A DNA stretch of 64,000 bases from an uncultured Mycoplasmatota bacterium (GCA_947643405.1 CANRVY010000004.1:244-64243), one strand, 5' to 3'. Counted from the first letter of the stretch, positions 8,367 through 19,524 are shown. Numbers and translations are program-made. The notes: generated from the sequence alone by a model not told the origin.

Positions 8367-11309
8367 TTATAATTCCTCTAACTTTACACTAACTAGTTTA
8401 CTAACACCAGATTCTTGCATCGTAATTCCATATAGCACATCAGCATATTCCATTGTTTTTTTCTTATGTGTAATCAAGATAAATTGTGTCTTTTCTTTTA
8501 ATTTCAATAAATATTTTCCAAAGCTATCTACATTTACTTCATCTAAAGCTGCTTCCACTTCATCTAATACACAAAATGGAACTGGACGAGATTTCAAAAT
8601 AGCAAACAATAGACTAATTGCAGTAAAGGTTTTCTCTCCACCTGATAATAAAGATATACTTGTTAATTTTTTTCCAGGAGGAGAAGCAACAATTTCAATT
8701 CCAGTTTCTAATATGTTAGACGGATCTGTTAATTTTAGTGCCGCATTTCCACCATGGAATAATTCTTTAAACGTTTCTTCAAAGTGGCCACTGATCATTT
8801 TAAAAGTATCCATGAATTCATGTTCCATAACAGAATCCATTTCTGAAATAATTTCTAGTAGTGTATTTTCAGCTCCCATCAAATCTTCAGATTGATGAAT
8901 TAAAAATTCATAGCGTTCACTTACTCTTGCATATTCTTCAATTGCTCCTAAATTTACCATTCCTAATTCTTTGATATTTCTTTTTAAATTCATAACTTTA
9001 GTTCTGGCTATTTCTTCTTCCATTCCAAGAGCATAATCTGCTCTTGCTTTTTCAAATGTCATATTATAAGTTTCACTTAAAGTAGATAAATAATGATCTA
9101 ACTTAACATCCATTCTGTTAACTTCAATTTCCAACTCTTTTAATTCTTTATTTTTCGCATTCAATGCACTATTTTCTCTTCGTTGCTCAAACTCAAACTC
9201 CTGCAATTCTTCTGTTAGTTCTTGTTTTTCTTTCATTTTATTAGAAAGTTCTAATTCAATGCTTTTCTTTTGCTGTTCCTTTAAATAAAAATCATTTAAA
9301 ATTTCCTGTTCTTCTTCATCTAATGTTTGATTCATCAAATGATTCATACTTGTTATTTCTTCTATCAAATGATTTAATTCTTCTGTTCTATCACCTATCA
9401 AAATCTGCTTATTTTTTATAATCTCTTCCATTTCTATGAAAGATTTATTCGCCAAATATTCATTATCTTCAATACTTTTGGTTATAGTATCTGCCTCATT
9501 AATTTGATTTTCTAATTCTTGGATAGATTTAACGACACTATCATGTTCTTTTAATTTCGTTTCTAATTCCTGTTTTTCTGTGAGCACATTTCTATTTTTA
9601 GAAGTTTCTCCTCCAGTCAAAGATCCTCCAACATGAAGTAATTCGCCATCTAATGTAACAATGCGATACCGATAATTTATCTTTCTAGCAATTTTATTGG
9701 CTTCATCAATTGTATTTGCTACTAATACATTTCCCAATTGATTCTTAATAATTGCATCATACTTTTTATCATAGTGAACAAGATTAGAAGCAATGTCAAT
9801 TGCGATATTTAATTCAGATATCTGTTTTATAGTCTCCATATCAACATATTTCGGCTTAATGATATTCATTGGAAAAAAAGTTGCTCTTCCTTGTCTATTT
9901 TGCTTTAAATAGTTGATGGCTTCTTTCGCACTTTCCTCATCTTCCACAATAATATAGCTTGTAGCAAATCCCAGACTTGTCATAATAGCTTTTATATATT
10001 GATCTTCTACTTCAATAATATTGCCAATTACATTATGAATTCCTCTTAATTTGGGATGATCTAAAACAGCTTTTACGGATGAAGGAAGAGCTCCATTATG
10101 TTCAATACTATCTTGTAATTGTTCTATTTTTATATTCAGACTCTGTTCTAATCTTACTTGCTTTGTTAAAGTTTCTTCTAATTCACGTTTTGTTTTTTTT
10201 CGCTTTTCTAAGTCTTTTTGATATCCTTCAACTTTTAACCATTCTTTTTGTAGAGCATCTTTTAAATTACTAATTTCTTGATTTAATAGTTCTATTTGAT
10301 TCTTTAATTTTAGTTCTTCTTCTTTTAGAGCTACCATTTCTTGATGAATCTTTCTATCCTCTACTTCATGTTTTTTTCTTTCTAATAATACTGCTTTTCG
10401 ACTATTCAGTTGTTCTACTAATTTTGTATATTCTAATAAAGAAGTTTGTAAGTCACTAATTTCCATTTCTAATTTGGTTGTTTTTAATTTATATTCTTCT
10501 ATTTTTGCATCTCCTGATGTTTTTTCAAAATTGGCATTCAATAATTCTTTATTTAAAGTTTCAATTCGGTCTTTTTTATTTTGATACTCTTCATTTACTT
10601 TTTCTATGTCAGAAGCAATCAAAGCGATTTCTATTTGTTCTAATTCATTCTTTGCTTGCAAATATTTCTCAGCTTGTTCTTTTTGTTCTTTAAGTGGAGT
10701 CACTTGAACTTCTAACTCTTTCATAATATCATTGACACGATTCATATTATCATGCGTACGATCTAGTTTTCTTAAGGCTTCTTCTTTTCTCCTTTTATAT
10801 TTTAAAACTCCTGCTGCTTCTTCAAAAATAATTCTTCTATCAGTTGGTTTACTACTAATGATCTCTTCTATTTTTCCCTGTGAAATAATGTTAAAACTCT
10901 CTTTTGCTACTCCACTATCCATCAATACTTCTGTAATGTCTTTCAATCTACATTTTTCTCCATTTAAAGAATATTCATTTGTTCCATCTCTATAAACACG
11001 TCTTTTAATAGATACTTCATCATAATTAACTGGTAAATAATGATCTTTATTATCAAATACTAATGTGACACTTGCTACATTCATTCCATTTCTAGATTTG
11101 CTTCCAGAAAATATTACATCTGCCATATTTCCTTCTCCACGAAGCGATTTCACAGATTGTTCTCCAAGAACCCAACGAATGGCATCTACTACATTGCTTT
11201 TTCCACTTCCATTTGGTCCTACAACTCCAGTAATCCCATTATTTAATTCTATATCAACATGATCTGCAAATGATTTAAAACCATGTGCTTTTATATTCTT
11301 TAGATACAT
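8367..11309 (-). CDS. smc: Chromosome segregation protein SMC (short, 980 aa)
   Basis: GFKSF, GPNGSGKSN, hinge GRATF and GGSLTGG, LSGGEK, LDEVEAALD. Confidence 0.97.
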   Translation of the reverse strand: MYLKNIKAHGFKSFADHVDIELNNGITGVVGPNGSGKSNVVDAIRWVLGEQSVKSLRGEGNMADVIFSGSKSRNGMNVASVTLVFDNKDHYLPVNYDEVSIKRRVYRDGTNEYSLNGEKCRLKDITEVLMDSGVAKESFNIISQGKIEEIISSKPTDRRIIFEEAAGVLKYKRRKEEALRKLDRTHDNMNRVNDIMKELEVQVTPLKEQKEQAEKYLQAKNELEQIEIALIASDIEKVNEEYQNKKDRIETLNKELLNANFEKTSGDAKIEEYKLKTTKLEMEISDLQTSLLEYTKLVEQLNSRKAVLLERKKHEVEDRKIHQEMVALKEEELKLKNQIELLNQEISNLKDALQKEWLKVEGYQKDLEKRKKTKRELEETLTKQVRLEQSLNIKIEQLQDSIEHNGALPSSVKAVLDHPKLRGIHNVIGNIIEVEDQYIKAIMTSLGFATSYIIVEDEESAKEAINYLKQNRQGRATFFPMNIIKPKYVDMETIKQISELNIAIDIASNLVHYDKKYDAIIKNQLGNVLVANTIDEANKIARKINYRYRIVTLDGELLHVGGSLTGGETSKNRNVLTEKQELETKLKEHDSVVKSIQELENQINEADTITKSIEDNEYLANKSFIEMEEIIKNKQILIGDRTEELNHLIEEITSMNHLMNQTLDEEEQEILNDFYLKEQQKKSIELELSNKMKEKQELTEELQEFEFEQRRENSALNAKNKELKELEIEVNRMDVKLDHYLSTLSETYNMTFEKARADYALGMEEEIARTKVMNLKRNIKELGMVNLGAIEEYARVSERYEFLIHQSEDLMGAENTLLEIISEMDSVMEHEFMDTFKMISGHFEETFKELFHGGNAALKLTDPSNILETGIEIVASPPGKKLTSISLLSGGEKTFTAISLLFAILKSRPVPFCVLDEVEAALDEVNVDSFGKYLLKLKEKTQFILITHKKKTMEYADVLYGITMQESGVSKLVSVKLEEL

Positions 11310-11430
11310 TCTACCACATCCATATTTTATATTCTTTAACGCTATTCATTATATCATACTTTATAAAACAATTCTAGTCTTATGAATAAAGCCCCTCTTT
11401 TTATTCCAAAGAAAAATAAGGTAAAATACC

Positions 11431-13047
11431 TTATTTTACAATCCAAGCATTTGGAACATATCGTTGTTTGCTAGTAGGATCTACAGAACAACAAGGACGA
11501 TTTGTAAGTTTTCCTTCTACGACCAAGGTAGTTGATCCTCCCCCATCTAAATTAACCGCATTATGAGCATTGTATCGTTGCAATATTTTGATTAATCCTC
11601 CCATATCGATTCCAATACTATGGCCAACTTGTCTTCCATCTATAACTAAAAATAAAACAATTCCATCTTTTCTTTGCGCTAAGACAGTACGAGAAGCAAG
11701 TCCCCAACCGCCATCACCTTTTATATCTGCTGCTTTTCCATTTACAATTAGAAATGGTCCAAATTCAACTGCATCCACCATACCATTCTTGATTGCTGTA
11801 GCTGGATCATCTCTGGTTAAAACCAAAACATGATCCTTATTAAAGCCTGAAAGTCCTCCTCCATATCCTGAAGAAGAACCTGTTGCTATAATTTTTCCAT
11901 TCATAATAACAGTTCCTACTGCTGTACTTCCTTTATTTCCTCCATCATAGAATCCACTTGCATTAATGGCAACTTTAGCATTGTTTCTTTTTGAAATATC
12001 GGTTAGGAAAGCGCCTCCATAATTGGTATTGGTAGCCCCTACTAATTTTACCCTTGAGGCATCATAAATTGCAATTAAATGTCCAGAATAATTGTTTTCT
12101 TTTATTTCAATAACTTTATACAATTGATCTTTATCACGTTTTAAAATCTGTTCTTCATAAATAGAAGAATATTCCCCAGTATCTTTTCCATCTTCAAAGT
12201 TAATATCACTACTGTTAGTATTCTCATCTATTTCTGTTAATGTATTATTACTTAAAATTTTCTCTATTGTTTTTTCACTATAAAAAGTTCTTGCTAAATA
12301 TTTATGACTCATTGTTGTCATAGCCGATGTTACTAATAAATTTCTAAAATAAGAAATAGGGCCATAAGTTAGAAAAAGTCCAGTGCAGGCAAATAAGTCC
12401 ATAATAACACAAATAACAATTCCAACAATTAAGCCTTTTCCTAATTTTGTAGGTTTTTCTTTTGGTTTTTTTTCTTTCTTTTTCTGTTCTCTTTTAGAAG
12501 ACTTCTTTTTACTTGTTTTCTCTTTTTTCTCTGTGTCTTTTTTATCTAATGGCTCTTCTTCTTGAATTTCCTTTTTCGTTTTTTCATTCGATTTAGTGTC
12601 TTCCTTTTTTATCTCTTCTTTTTCTTCATGCTTACTTTTTTCTTTTTTTACAGGTTCTTTTTTTAATTCCTCTTCTTTTCTTTTTTTCAATAATTCTCTA
12701 AGATCCTGCTTTGTTTCTTCAACAGTTTTCTTAGGAATACTAGGAGTTTTTGTTGTTTCTTTTTCTATTGTCTTTCTTGAATCTTTAGGTGTTATATCTT
12801 TCTTTGGCTCTACTTTTTTCTCTTCAATTGATGCTACAACTTTTTTTGTAATTACCTCTTTTTTTGGTTCCTCTTTTACTAATGGTGTTACTTTTAATAC
12901 TTCTTTTTTGGGTTCATTTGAACTCTCTTTTTGTTTATTTAAATCCCTTTCTCTTCTCTTTAATTCTAGAAAGCTTCCAATATTAAGAGAGGAATACACT
13001 GACGCTTCTAATTCTTTTTTCGATTCATTTTTTTCTTCTCTTTCCAT
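11431..13047 (-). CDS. Membrane-anchored phosphodiester glycosidase (NAGPA/DUF2233) with long K/E-rich N-terminus
   Basis: AINASGF, FGPFLIVNG, RTVLAQRKDG, NLDGGGST; single TM near residues 205-230. Confidence 0.88.
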   Translation of the reverse strand: MEREEKNESKKELEASVYSSLNIGSFLELKRRERDLNKQKESSNEPKKEVLKVTPLVKEEPKKEVITKKVVASIEEKKVEPKKDITPKDSRKTIEKETTKTPSIPKKTVEETKQDLRELLKKRKEEELKKEPVKKEKSKHEEKEEIKKEDTKSNEKTKKEIQEEEPLDKKDTEKKEKTSKKKSSKREQKKKEKKPKEKPTKLGKGLIVGIVICVIMDLFACTGLFLTYGPISYFRNLLVTSAMTTMSHKYLARTFYSEKTIEKILSNNTLTEIDENTNSSDINFEDGKDTGEYSSIYEEQILKRDKDQLYKVIEIKENNYSGHLIAIYDASRVKLVGATNTNYGGAFLTDISKRNNAKVAINASGFYDGGNKGSTAVGTVIMNGKIIATGSSSGYGGGLSGFNKDHVLVLTRDDPATAIKNGMVDAVEFGPFLIVNGKAADIKGDGGWGLASRTVLAQRKDGIVLFLVIDGRQVGHSIGIDMGGLIKILQRYNAHNAVNLDGGGSTTLVVEGKLTNRPCCSVDPTSKQRYVPNAWIVK

Positions 13048-13061
13048 AAAAGCCTCCTATT

Positions 13062-13733
13062 CTATGCTCCAAAATCGTTTTGATAACTAATTAAGCTCGC
13101 TGTTTTTACTCCTTCAATTCCTTCAAATTGATTTATGAAATCTTCTTTTATATCTTTTAATTCTATTTCAAATGTAAGTTCTATTACATTTTTTGAAAGA
13201 GTTTTACTTTTTAATTTCTTTTTATTTATTTTTTTCATAATTTTATTGACATCACTATGTGCTTTAGCCTCATATTTGACAATTAATAAGTAATTAGAAC
13301 TTACTCTAAATCCCATACTGTAGCTAATAACATATAGCAATCCTAATAAAACAGACGCTAAAATAGAAATTAGGTATAATCCAGCACCAGACATAATACC
13401 TGCTGTAATCCCCCAGAACATAAAGCCTGTATCAACGGGTTCTTTAACAGCAGTTCTAAATCTAACAATAGATAATGCTCCTACCATACCTAATGATAAT
13501 GCCAAATTAGAACTAATGGTTCTAATAATCATTGCAGTTACCATAGAAAGTAAAATAATACAAAGGGAAAACGATTTTGAATATACTACTCCAGTATATG
13601 TTTTTCTATATATATATACAATAAATAATCCAATTAAAAATGCCACAAGCAAAGAAAAAACCATTTTATCTACAGAAATTGTTCCTGTAAATTCTTCTAC
13701 CACACTTTTTTTTATCATATCCATAAAATTCAT
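13062..13733 (-). CDS. DUF4956 membrane protein
   Basis: SLGMVGALSIVRFRTAVKEPVDTGFMFW signature. Confidence 0.92.
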   Translation of the reverse strand: MNFMDMIKKSVVEEFTGTISVDKMVFSLLVAFLIGLFIVYIYRKTYTGVVYSKSFSLCIILLSMVTAMIIRTISSNLALSLGMVGALSIVRFRTAVKEPVDTGFMFWGITAGIMSGAGLYLISILASVLLGLLYVISYSMGFRVSSNYLLIVKYEAKAHSDVNKIMKKINKKKLKSKTLSKNVIELTFEIELKDIKEDFINQFEGIEGVKTASLISYQNDFGA

Positions 13734-13744
13734 AAAAATTCCTC

Positions 13745-14422
13745 CTACTTAACACTCCTACAAAGGGCAAATTTTGATACTGCTTGACGATACATTGGAA
13801 TTGTAGATAAAATCATAGAAATCGTTTCTGGCAATACTTCATTAAATTTTACCTCTAATACTACTTCTTTATCCTCTATTACTGGTACCGTTGGAAGTTC
13901 ATAATCAAATAATTCATAATCATATATTCCCGATTTGATTTTGGAATCAAACGTAATTCTGACTTCTGAGACAGGATAAGTATATGCAAGCCTTGTATAA
14001 TCTACAATTACAGATGGTTTTAAATGTTTTCTCTTCATATCACTTAAAAATTCTTCTAATAGCCCTGTACCTTCTAATTCTTCTACTTCTCCATTTATTA
14101 TTTTATCACAAATTTCTCTTGTTATGTTAATTTGATCTTTAGAAGTCATATTATTGTGCTTTAGTTTACGTTCTAAGCGAATAAAACTATCATCATCATT
14201 ATAATAACGAATGCGATACTTTTCTCGGTATAACACTCCATTTAACTTTTCATAATAAGCATCTGAACTATCATTATCAAAATATAAACTTCTAATTTTA
14301 TAAGTATGATCTTGATAAACCGAATTGGCATCAACATCCATAATCGCTTTTAATTGTGATTGCAATAATAAAGCCATATTTGGACTAATAATATATTTTA
14401 ATTCATGTCTATATTTTCTCAT
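13745..14422 (-). CDS. VTC (polyphosphate polymerase-like, CYTH-fold) domain protein
   Basis: RHELKY, IRSLYFD, KYRIRYY, RITFD, LEVKF, SKF. Confidence 0.92.
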   Translation of the reverse strand: MRKYRHELKYIISPNMALLLQSQLKAIMDVDANSVYQDHTYKIRSLYFDNDSSDAYYEKLNGVLYREKYRIRYYNDDDSFIRLERKLKHNNMTSKDQINITREICDKIINGEVEELEGTGLLEEFLSDMKRKHLKPSVIVDYTRLAYTYPVSEVRITFDSKIKSGIYDYELFDYELPTVPVIEDKEVVLEVKFNEVLPETISMILSTIPMYRQAVSKFALCRSVK

Positions 14423-17298
14423 ATATCACCAAAATACTTATCCATATCAGCATCACTTAAACGAAAGAAATTTTTTGTTTGCCTAAGTAAGTATCCTTCC
14501 CTTTTTTCAATATATTCTCTTACTATTTTTATACTGTCTTCCCAATCTTTCATTGTCATTCCCCAACGCTTTTGATTTCGCTCCATTTCTGGTTTTAATT
14601 TATTATAAATCTCATCTAATCTTTCTAAAACATGTTCCTTGTTCCATATGTTTTTTAAATTCCAACTTAGTCTTTCAACAAAATCATTTCTAAATTCTTG
14701 ACTTTTAAACATATTAATCATAAAAGTTGTTGGAACTTTAAAATCGCTCATTCCTTCTGGATTCGTCATAAATGTATAATAGTTGTTTTCAGGAAAATAC
14801 ATAGAATAATCTAAATCATAGAAAATAAAATGCATTTTGCCATTATCAATATCAGGATGCGAGAAAACTCTACTATTAATAATATCATTATTTGTTGTGT
14901 AAATTTCTCCCACCCAAAAATCAATTAAACTATTTATATTTACTCTTTTTTTCACATATTCATAATTAGAGCTTTTACTCATGTCATGAGTACTAACATA
15001 ATTTACAATACTTTGATAATCTTTACTAGTTCCAAGACTTACTAAATAATCTGTTCTTGTAATATTGCCTTTGCTACCATCGACATTATAGTGATTGGTT
15101 AAAAATTCATCATCTACTTTTTCTCTAATATTATATACCCCCCAATATTCTCCATTGATATATAAAATCATTGACTTGTAACTTTGAACTTCTGCTTCAC
15201 TATCTTCCATTAAAGAGGTTGTTAAAATATCTCTTAAAAAGGCATTTTCACTATCTTGTGATCCACTTCTTAAGACCAAGGTGTTAAAGATAGAAAAGTC
15301 TCTATTATCAAATACTGGATAATGTAAGCTGGCTTCTCCATACTTCTTTTTGAATTTTAAAGAAAAGCTTTTTTTAGCCATCCCTCTAGTAGAACCTCCA
15401 AATAATTGAAATCCACATGGAATAGAAAAACTTTTCCCATCTTCATAAAATTCTGCATAGCTTGCTACTTCTAAATCAGCCCAGCTATTAGAACTGACTC
15501 TTTTAAAATCAGTTGGGTTCATAGAAACGGACATAACAGGAAGCGTATGATTTTCATTAATAATATAACTATTGGTTGTAACTGAGCTATCTATTTTCCC
15601 ATCTTCTACATTGATACTTCTTACCACAGTTGTGTTTTTAAGAAAAATAGGACCAGTATATTTACTAGATTTCGTGCTTGGAACACTTCCGTCTAATGTA
15701 TAATATATTGTCCCATTTGCTTCTATTTCTAAATTGATTCCATCAATATTATTATAAACACCAGCTGCTTTACTAACTTCTGTTTCAGTGGCTACTTGTA
15801 GAATTCCAGTTCCATTCTTCTCTTTTGGCGTTGGCTTGCTAAAATAGAAAAATCCATAATTTTCTCCTCGCCCCATACTATATTCTAATGGAACGTCTGA
15901 AATAAATATAGAATCTATTATATTTTTTCCATCTGTAATATAAAGTGATTCTGTTTCTGATAATTTAAAATTGGTATGCTTATAACTTTTATTTGATAAA
16001 TTTATATCTCCTGATGCCATTACAACATAAAGTTCTCCAGGAGATAAGGTAATATCAGGAAAATTCCATTCTGTAAGCCTATTATCATTTGTTGATAAAT
16101 AATAGTCTTTTAAGTTAATTTCTTTCTTTGAATTATTCTTTATCTCTATCCAATCATAATATTCATTTCCATTTTGAACCAAATAAGAAGTATTATTATT
16201 CATAATTTCATTGATGATTAATCCTTCTTTATTCTTTAAATATTTTTTTGAAAAAGATTCGACTCCTTCTGTTGTGTTTGGATATCCTGGGCTTATTTTT
16301 CCGCTCCTAATCCATTTATTTTCTTTAATGAGTGCCATTCCATTTTCTAAATTTGTATAAGTGATTTGGTCCACTATTTTTCCTGACTTTGTTAAAATGG
16401 CAACTCCATTTTTAGATGTCAATTTGAAATTTGCATGTAATTCTTTTTCTGTATCATTTTTTCCTGATGTATAAATTATTTTTGTTTCATTTGGTCCAAT
16501 TTGAATATTTGGGAACTGCCATCTAAAAGGTGCTAGTAAATCTCCTCCTAAACCATATTCTTTTAGCGAAATAGTTTTATTCGTTTTATTTTTTACTTCA
16601 ATATAACCACTATAATTTCCATATTGATCCGTAAAATGTCCTGCATTATTTGGTAACACTTCTGTAATTTCCAACTCGTTTGTATCCGCTTTTAAAGATT
16701 CTATATAAGCGGTTCTTCCTTCTTCTGTATTAATAAATCCTGGGGTAGAAAAACTTGTTACAATCCAATTTCCCTCATTATTTCTAGCCATTACTTGATT
16801 TTTATTTAAAGAAACAGTTTCTATGGCATCAATTACTTTTCCATTTTTATTTCTTAATGAAACAGTTTCCTTTCCACTACTACTTAATTTAAAATTGGTG
16901 TATAATCCTTCTTGCTTTGTTCCTGATAAATATACCACCATATAAGATTTCGCCTTTATGGTTACATCTGGAAAAACCCATTTCGTTTTAGTCTCTTCAT
17001 CTGATAACCCATAGTTCAATAAATTAATATCATAATCATTTCCATTATATAATTCAATCCAATCATAAATTCCACCATTAGGTGCTGATGCTGCTCCACC
17101 ATTTGAAGACATAATTTCATTAATAACTAAGGAATTTATTTTACTATCTCCATTTTCTTCCAAATCACTTTCTTTTAATGATTTGTTTTCTGCATTTCCT
17201 AGAAGGAAACCACTTATTACTAATATGACTACTATAAAAAGTAATACAATGATTAATAAACCATTTTGTTTTATCTTTTTTCTATCAAATCGAAACAT
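14419..17298 (-). CDS. CotH kinase family protein with lamin-tail domains and Fn3-associated/chitobiase-like domain
   Basis: Three INE(I/V)...DWIE(L/I)xN-type LTD repeats, YYTLDGSVP, GGSTRGMAKKSF, YINGEYWGVYNIRE, YDLDY; N-terminal anchor. Confidence 0.9.
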   Translation of the reverse strand: MFRFDRKKIKQNGLLIIVLLFIVVILVISGFLLGNAENKSLKESDLEENGDSKINSLVINEIMSSNGGAASAPNGGIYDWIELYNGNDYDINLLNYGLSDEETKTKWVFPDVTIKAKSYMVVYLSGTKQEGLYTNFKLSSSGKETVSLRNKNGKVIDAIETVSLNKNQVMARNNEGNWIVTSFSTPGFINTEEGRTAYIESLKADTNELEITEVLPNNAGHFTDQYGNYSGYIEVKNKTNKTISLKEYGLGGDLLAPFRWQFPNIQIGPNETKIIYTSGKNDTEKELHANFKLTSKNGVAILTKSGKIVDQITYTNLENGMALIKENKWIRSGKISPGYPNTTEGVESFSKKYLKNKEGLIINEIMNNNTSYLVQNGNEYYDWIEIKNNSKKEINLKDYYLSTNDNRLTEWNFPDITLSPGELYVVMASGDINLSNKSYKHTNFKLSETESLYITDGKNIIDSIFISDVPLEYSMGRGENYGFFYFSKPTPKEKNGTGILQVATETEVSKAAGVYNNIDGINLEIEANGTIYYTLDGSVPSTKSSKYTGPIFLKNTTVVRSINVEDGKIDSSVTTNSYIINENHTLPVMSVSMNPTDFKRVSSNSWADLEVASYAEFYEDGKSFSIPCGFQLFGGSTRGMAKKSFSLKFKKKYGEASLHYPVFDNRDFSIFNTLVLRSGSQDSENAFLRDILTTSLMEDSEAEVQSYKSMILYINGEYWGVYNIREKVDDEFLTNHYNVDGSKGNITRTDYLVSLGTSKDYQSIVNYVSTHDMSKSSNYEYVKKRVNINSLIDFWVGEIYTTNNDIINSRVFSHPDIDNGKMHFIFYDLDYSMYFPENNYYTFMTNPEGMSDFKVPTTFMINMFKSQEFRNDFVERLSWNLKNIWNKEHVLERLDEIYNKLKPEMERNQKRWGMTMKDWEDSIKIVREYIEKREGYLLRQTKNFFRLSDADMDKYFGDI

Positions 17299-17538
17299 AG
17301 TTTTCCTCCTTATCTATTTTTTATTTATCATATCATAATATGCATATTTTTTCTAGACTTGCTTGATAAGTTTGAAAACGAAATGTAAAGAAAAAAGAAA
17401 CTATTTCTAGCCTCTATTCAGATACAAGAAACAATCATTTCCTGTAATATTAATTTTTTTGTAATGCCATTAATAATTAGTTCTATTCTTTCATTTTATC
17501 TATATTATGGCATTATAAATACATATTTATAATTTCAT

Positions 17539-19464
17539 TTAATAAAAGTTTTTATTACTAAAAGTATAGGTGCGAGCAAACTCTTCATCCACAATTCTGA
17601 AAGTCACCCTATCTGGCATTATATTATTTCTCATTAACTTTACTTTTAAAGGGGCACCAATCCCATATTGTACTTTAGAATTTAGAAAAGTATAACAGCA
17701 CTTTGACGCATCATATCTACTATCTCTCAAATCAGCCCTTGGAATCATTTCTTCAATACAACCTTTTAATTCTATTAAAATTCCTTTATCTGTGCAATCT
17801 TTGATAATCGCTTCCACAGTTTCCCCTATATGCTCTAATAAGTATTCCCTACATTTTAAACGAACTACTCTTTCTTCACATTTATTAATTCTTCCTTCTG
17901 CGTGTGTGCAGCCTTCCGTTACTAATTTCATTTCTGCTATTTCATTCTCTGTTTGAGGAATACCCAATAAATAATTTTTTCTTAAAATTCTATGAATCAT
18001 TAAATCAGGATATCTTCTAATTGGAGAAGTAAAATGAACATTTCTTTTTAAGCCTAGCCCAAAATGGCCGGTATCTTCTAAAGAATATTTTGCTCTTCTC
18101 ATACAACTAATGAGCATATTGGAAATAATATTGTAATTTGGATGATTACGGTATTGTTCTAATATGCGGTTGAATGCAAATGAACGCATTTCTTCTGAAA
18201 CAGAAAATAAAGGATCAATAGAAACTCCAATTGTTTTTAATTTTCCTTTCATTACTTGTAATCTTACCATATCAGGTTGTTCATGAATTCGATGAGGAAA
18301 CACAAGACTTGACTGAAATAGAAGTTCTGCAATACTTCGGTTCGCAGCTAACATAAATTCTTGAATCAGCAATTCTGCTTTTCCTCTATTTCTCGCACTT
18401 ATATCAACAACATGTCCGTAAGAATCTAATCTTATATTTGGCTCATTACTATCAAAATCAATCGCTCCGTCTTGAATTCTAGAGGCATAAAGTGCTTCTG
18501 CTAACGTTTCCATAGAATAGAGGGTCTCTTTAAAACTTTCATACCCTAATACTTGCTTTCCTTCTAATACCAAATTAACATCTTCATAAGTCATTCTTTT
18601 TTTTGAATGAATAACTGCTGGAAAACAAGTAACATCTTTCACAATTCCCGTTTTAGAAATTCGCATTTTTACGGTTATTGTATATCGATCCACATTTTCA
18701 TTTAATGAACATACTCCATTTGATATCATTTTTGGAAACATTGGAAAAACGGAACTTAATAAATATGCAGTCATTCCTCTTTTTCTCGCTTCTAAATCAA
18801 GTGGACTTCCCTTTTGTATATAATATCCAACATCTGCTATATGAACGCCCAATACATAATCTGAACCATCCATTTCTAATGATATTGCATCATCAAAGTC
18901 CTTAGAATAAATTCCATCAATTGTAAAAATGGTTTCCCCTCTTAAATCAGCTCGATCAAAATTTTGATGATCTTTTCTAGGCTCGTGTATGCATCTTGCC
19001 TGTTTCATTGCTTTTTTAGAAAAAACAGTTGGAATTCCATGTTGTTCTGCAATATCCATGATATCAATACCGCCATCTTCTTTACTCCCCAACACCTGAT
19101 AAATAACGGCTTTTAAATCATCCTCTTGAAAATCTATCTTAAAACGTACTTTTGCACCTTCATATAAATTGGGAAAATATTTGCATGGAATTCTTATTTT
19201 TCCTCCTTTCTTATAAGAGAACAAAATGATTGGTTCTCCATTATCAAAAATGATTTCTCCCATTTGATTTTCTCTAAAGGTATGTAATTTTCGTATTGTT
19301 ACCTTTTTTCTTTCTTCACAAAATTCGCAAATGATAATGTCTCCATTTTGGTAATTTCCTAAAAATCTTCTTGAAATTGCCATACTTGGTTTATTTACTA
19401 ATTGCAGCCAAGCTGTTTCTTCGTGGTTGAATTCTATAATTTTTCCAATAAAAATATTCTCCAT
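17539..19464 (-). CDS. RNase R/RNase II (RNB) family exoribonuclease, divergent N-terminus
   Basis: FTIDGIYSKDFDDAIS, VHIADV, EFMLAAN, HFTSPIRRYPDL, C-terminal S1. Confidence 0.88.
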   Translation of the reverse strand: MENIFIGKIIEFNHEETAWLQLVNKPSMAISRRFLGNYQNGDIIICEFCEERKKVTIRKLHTFRENQMGEIIFDNGEPIILFSYKKGGKIRIPCKYFPNLYEGAKVRFKIDFQEDDLKAVIYQVLGSKEDGGIDIMDIAEQHGIPTVFSKKAMKQARCIHEPRKDHQNFDRADLRGETIFTIDGIYSKDFDDAISLEMDGSDYVLGVHIADVGYYIQKGSPLDLEARKRGMTAYLLSSVFPMFPKMISNGVCSLNENVDRYTITVKMRISKTGIVKDVTCFPAVIHSKKRMTYEDVNLVLEGKQVLGYESFKETLYSMETLAEALYASRIQDGAIDFDSNEPNIRLDSYGHVVDISARNRGKAELLIQEFMLAANRSIAELLFQSSLVFPHRIHEQPDMVRLQVMKGKLKTIGVSIDPLFSVSEEMRSFAFNRILEQYRNHPNYNIISNMLISCMRRAKYSLEDTGHFGLGLKRNVHFTSPIRRYPDLMIHRILRKNYLLGIPQTENEIAEMKLVTEGCTHAEGRINKCEERVVRLKCREYLLEHIGETVEAIIKDCTDKGILIELKGCIEEMIPRADLRDSRYDASKCCYTFLNSKVQYGIGAPLKVKLMRNNIMPDRVTFRIVDEEFARTYTFSNKNFY

Positions 19465-19524
19465 AAAACCCTCCTACTATTATAATCATATCATAAAAAG
19501 AAATGATTGAAACAAAAAAAGACA

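Noticed and set aside
12596-13090. Plus-strand 164-aa F/S-rich ORF and the other short antisense ORFs in the track
   Set aside because: Shadow frames of K/E-rich or conserved minus-strand genes; no RBS or family motifs.
17462-17515. Long-loop inverted repeat TAATGCCAT...ATGGCATTA
   Set aside because: Most simply a weak terminator-like structure after the RNB gene; no second copy to suggest a MITE.
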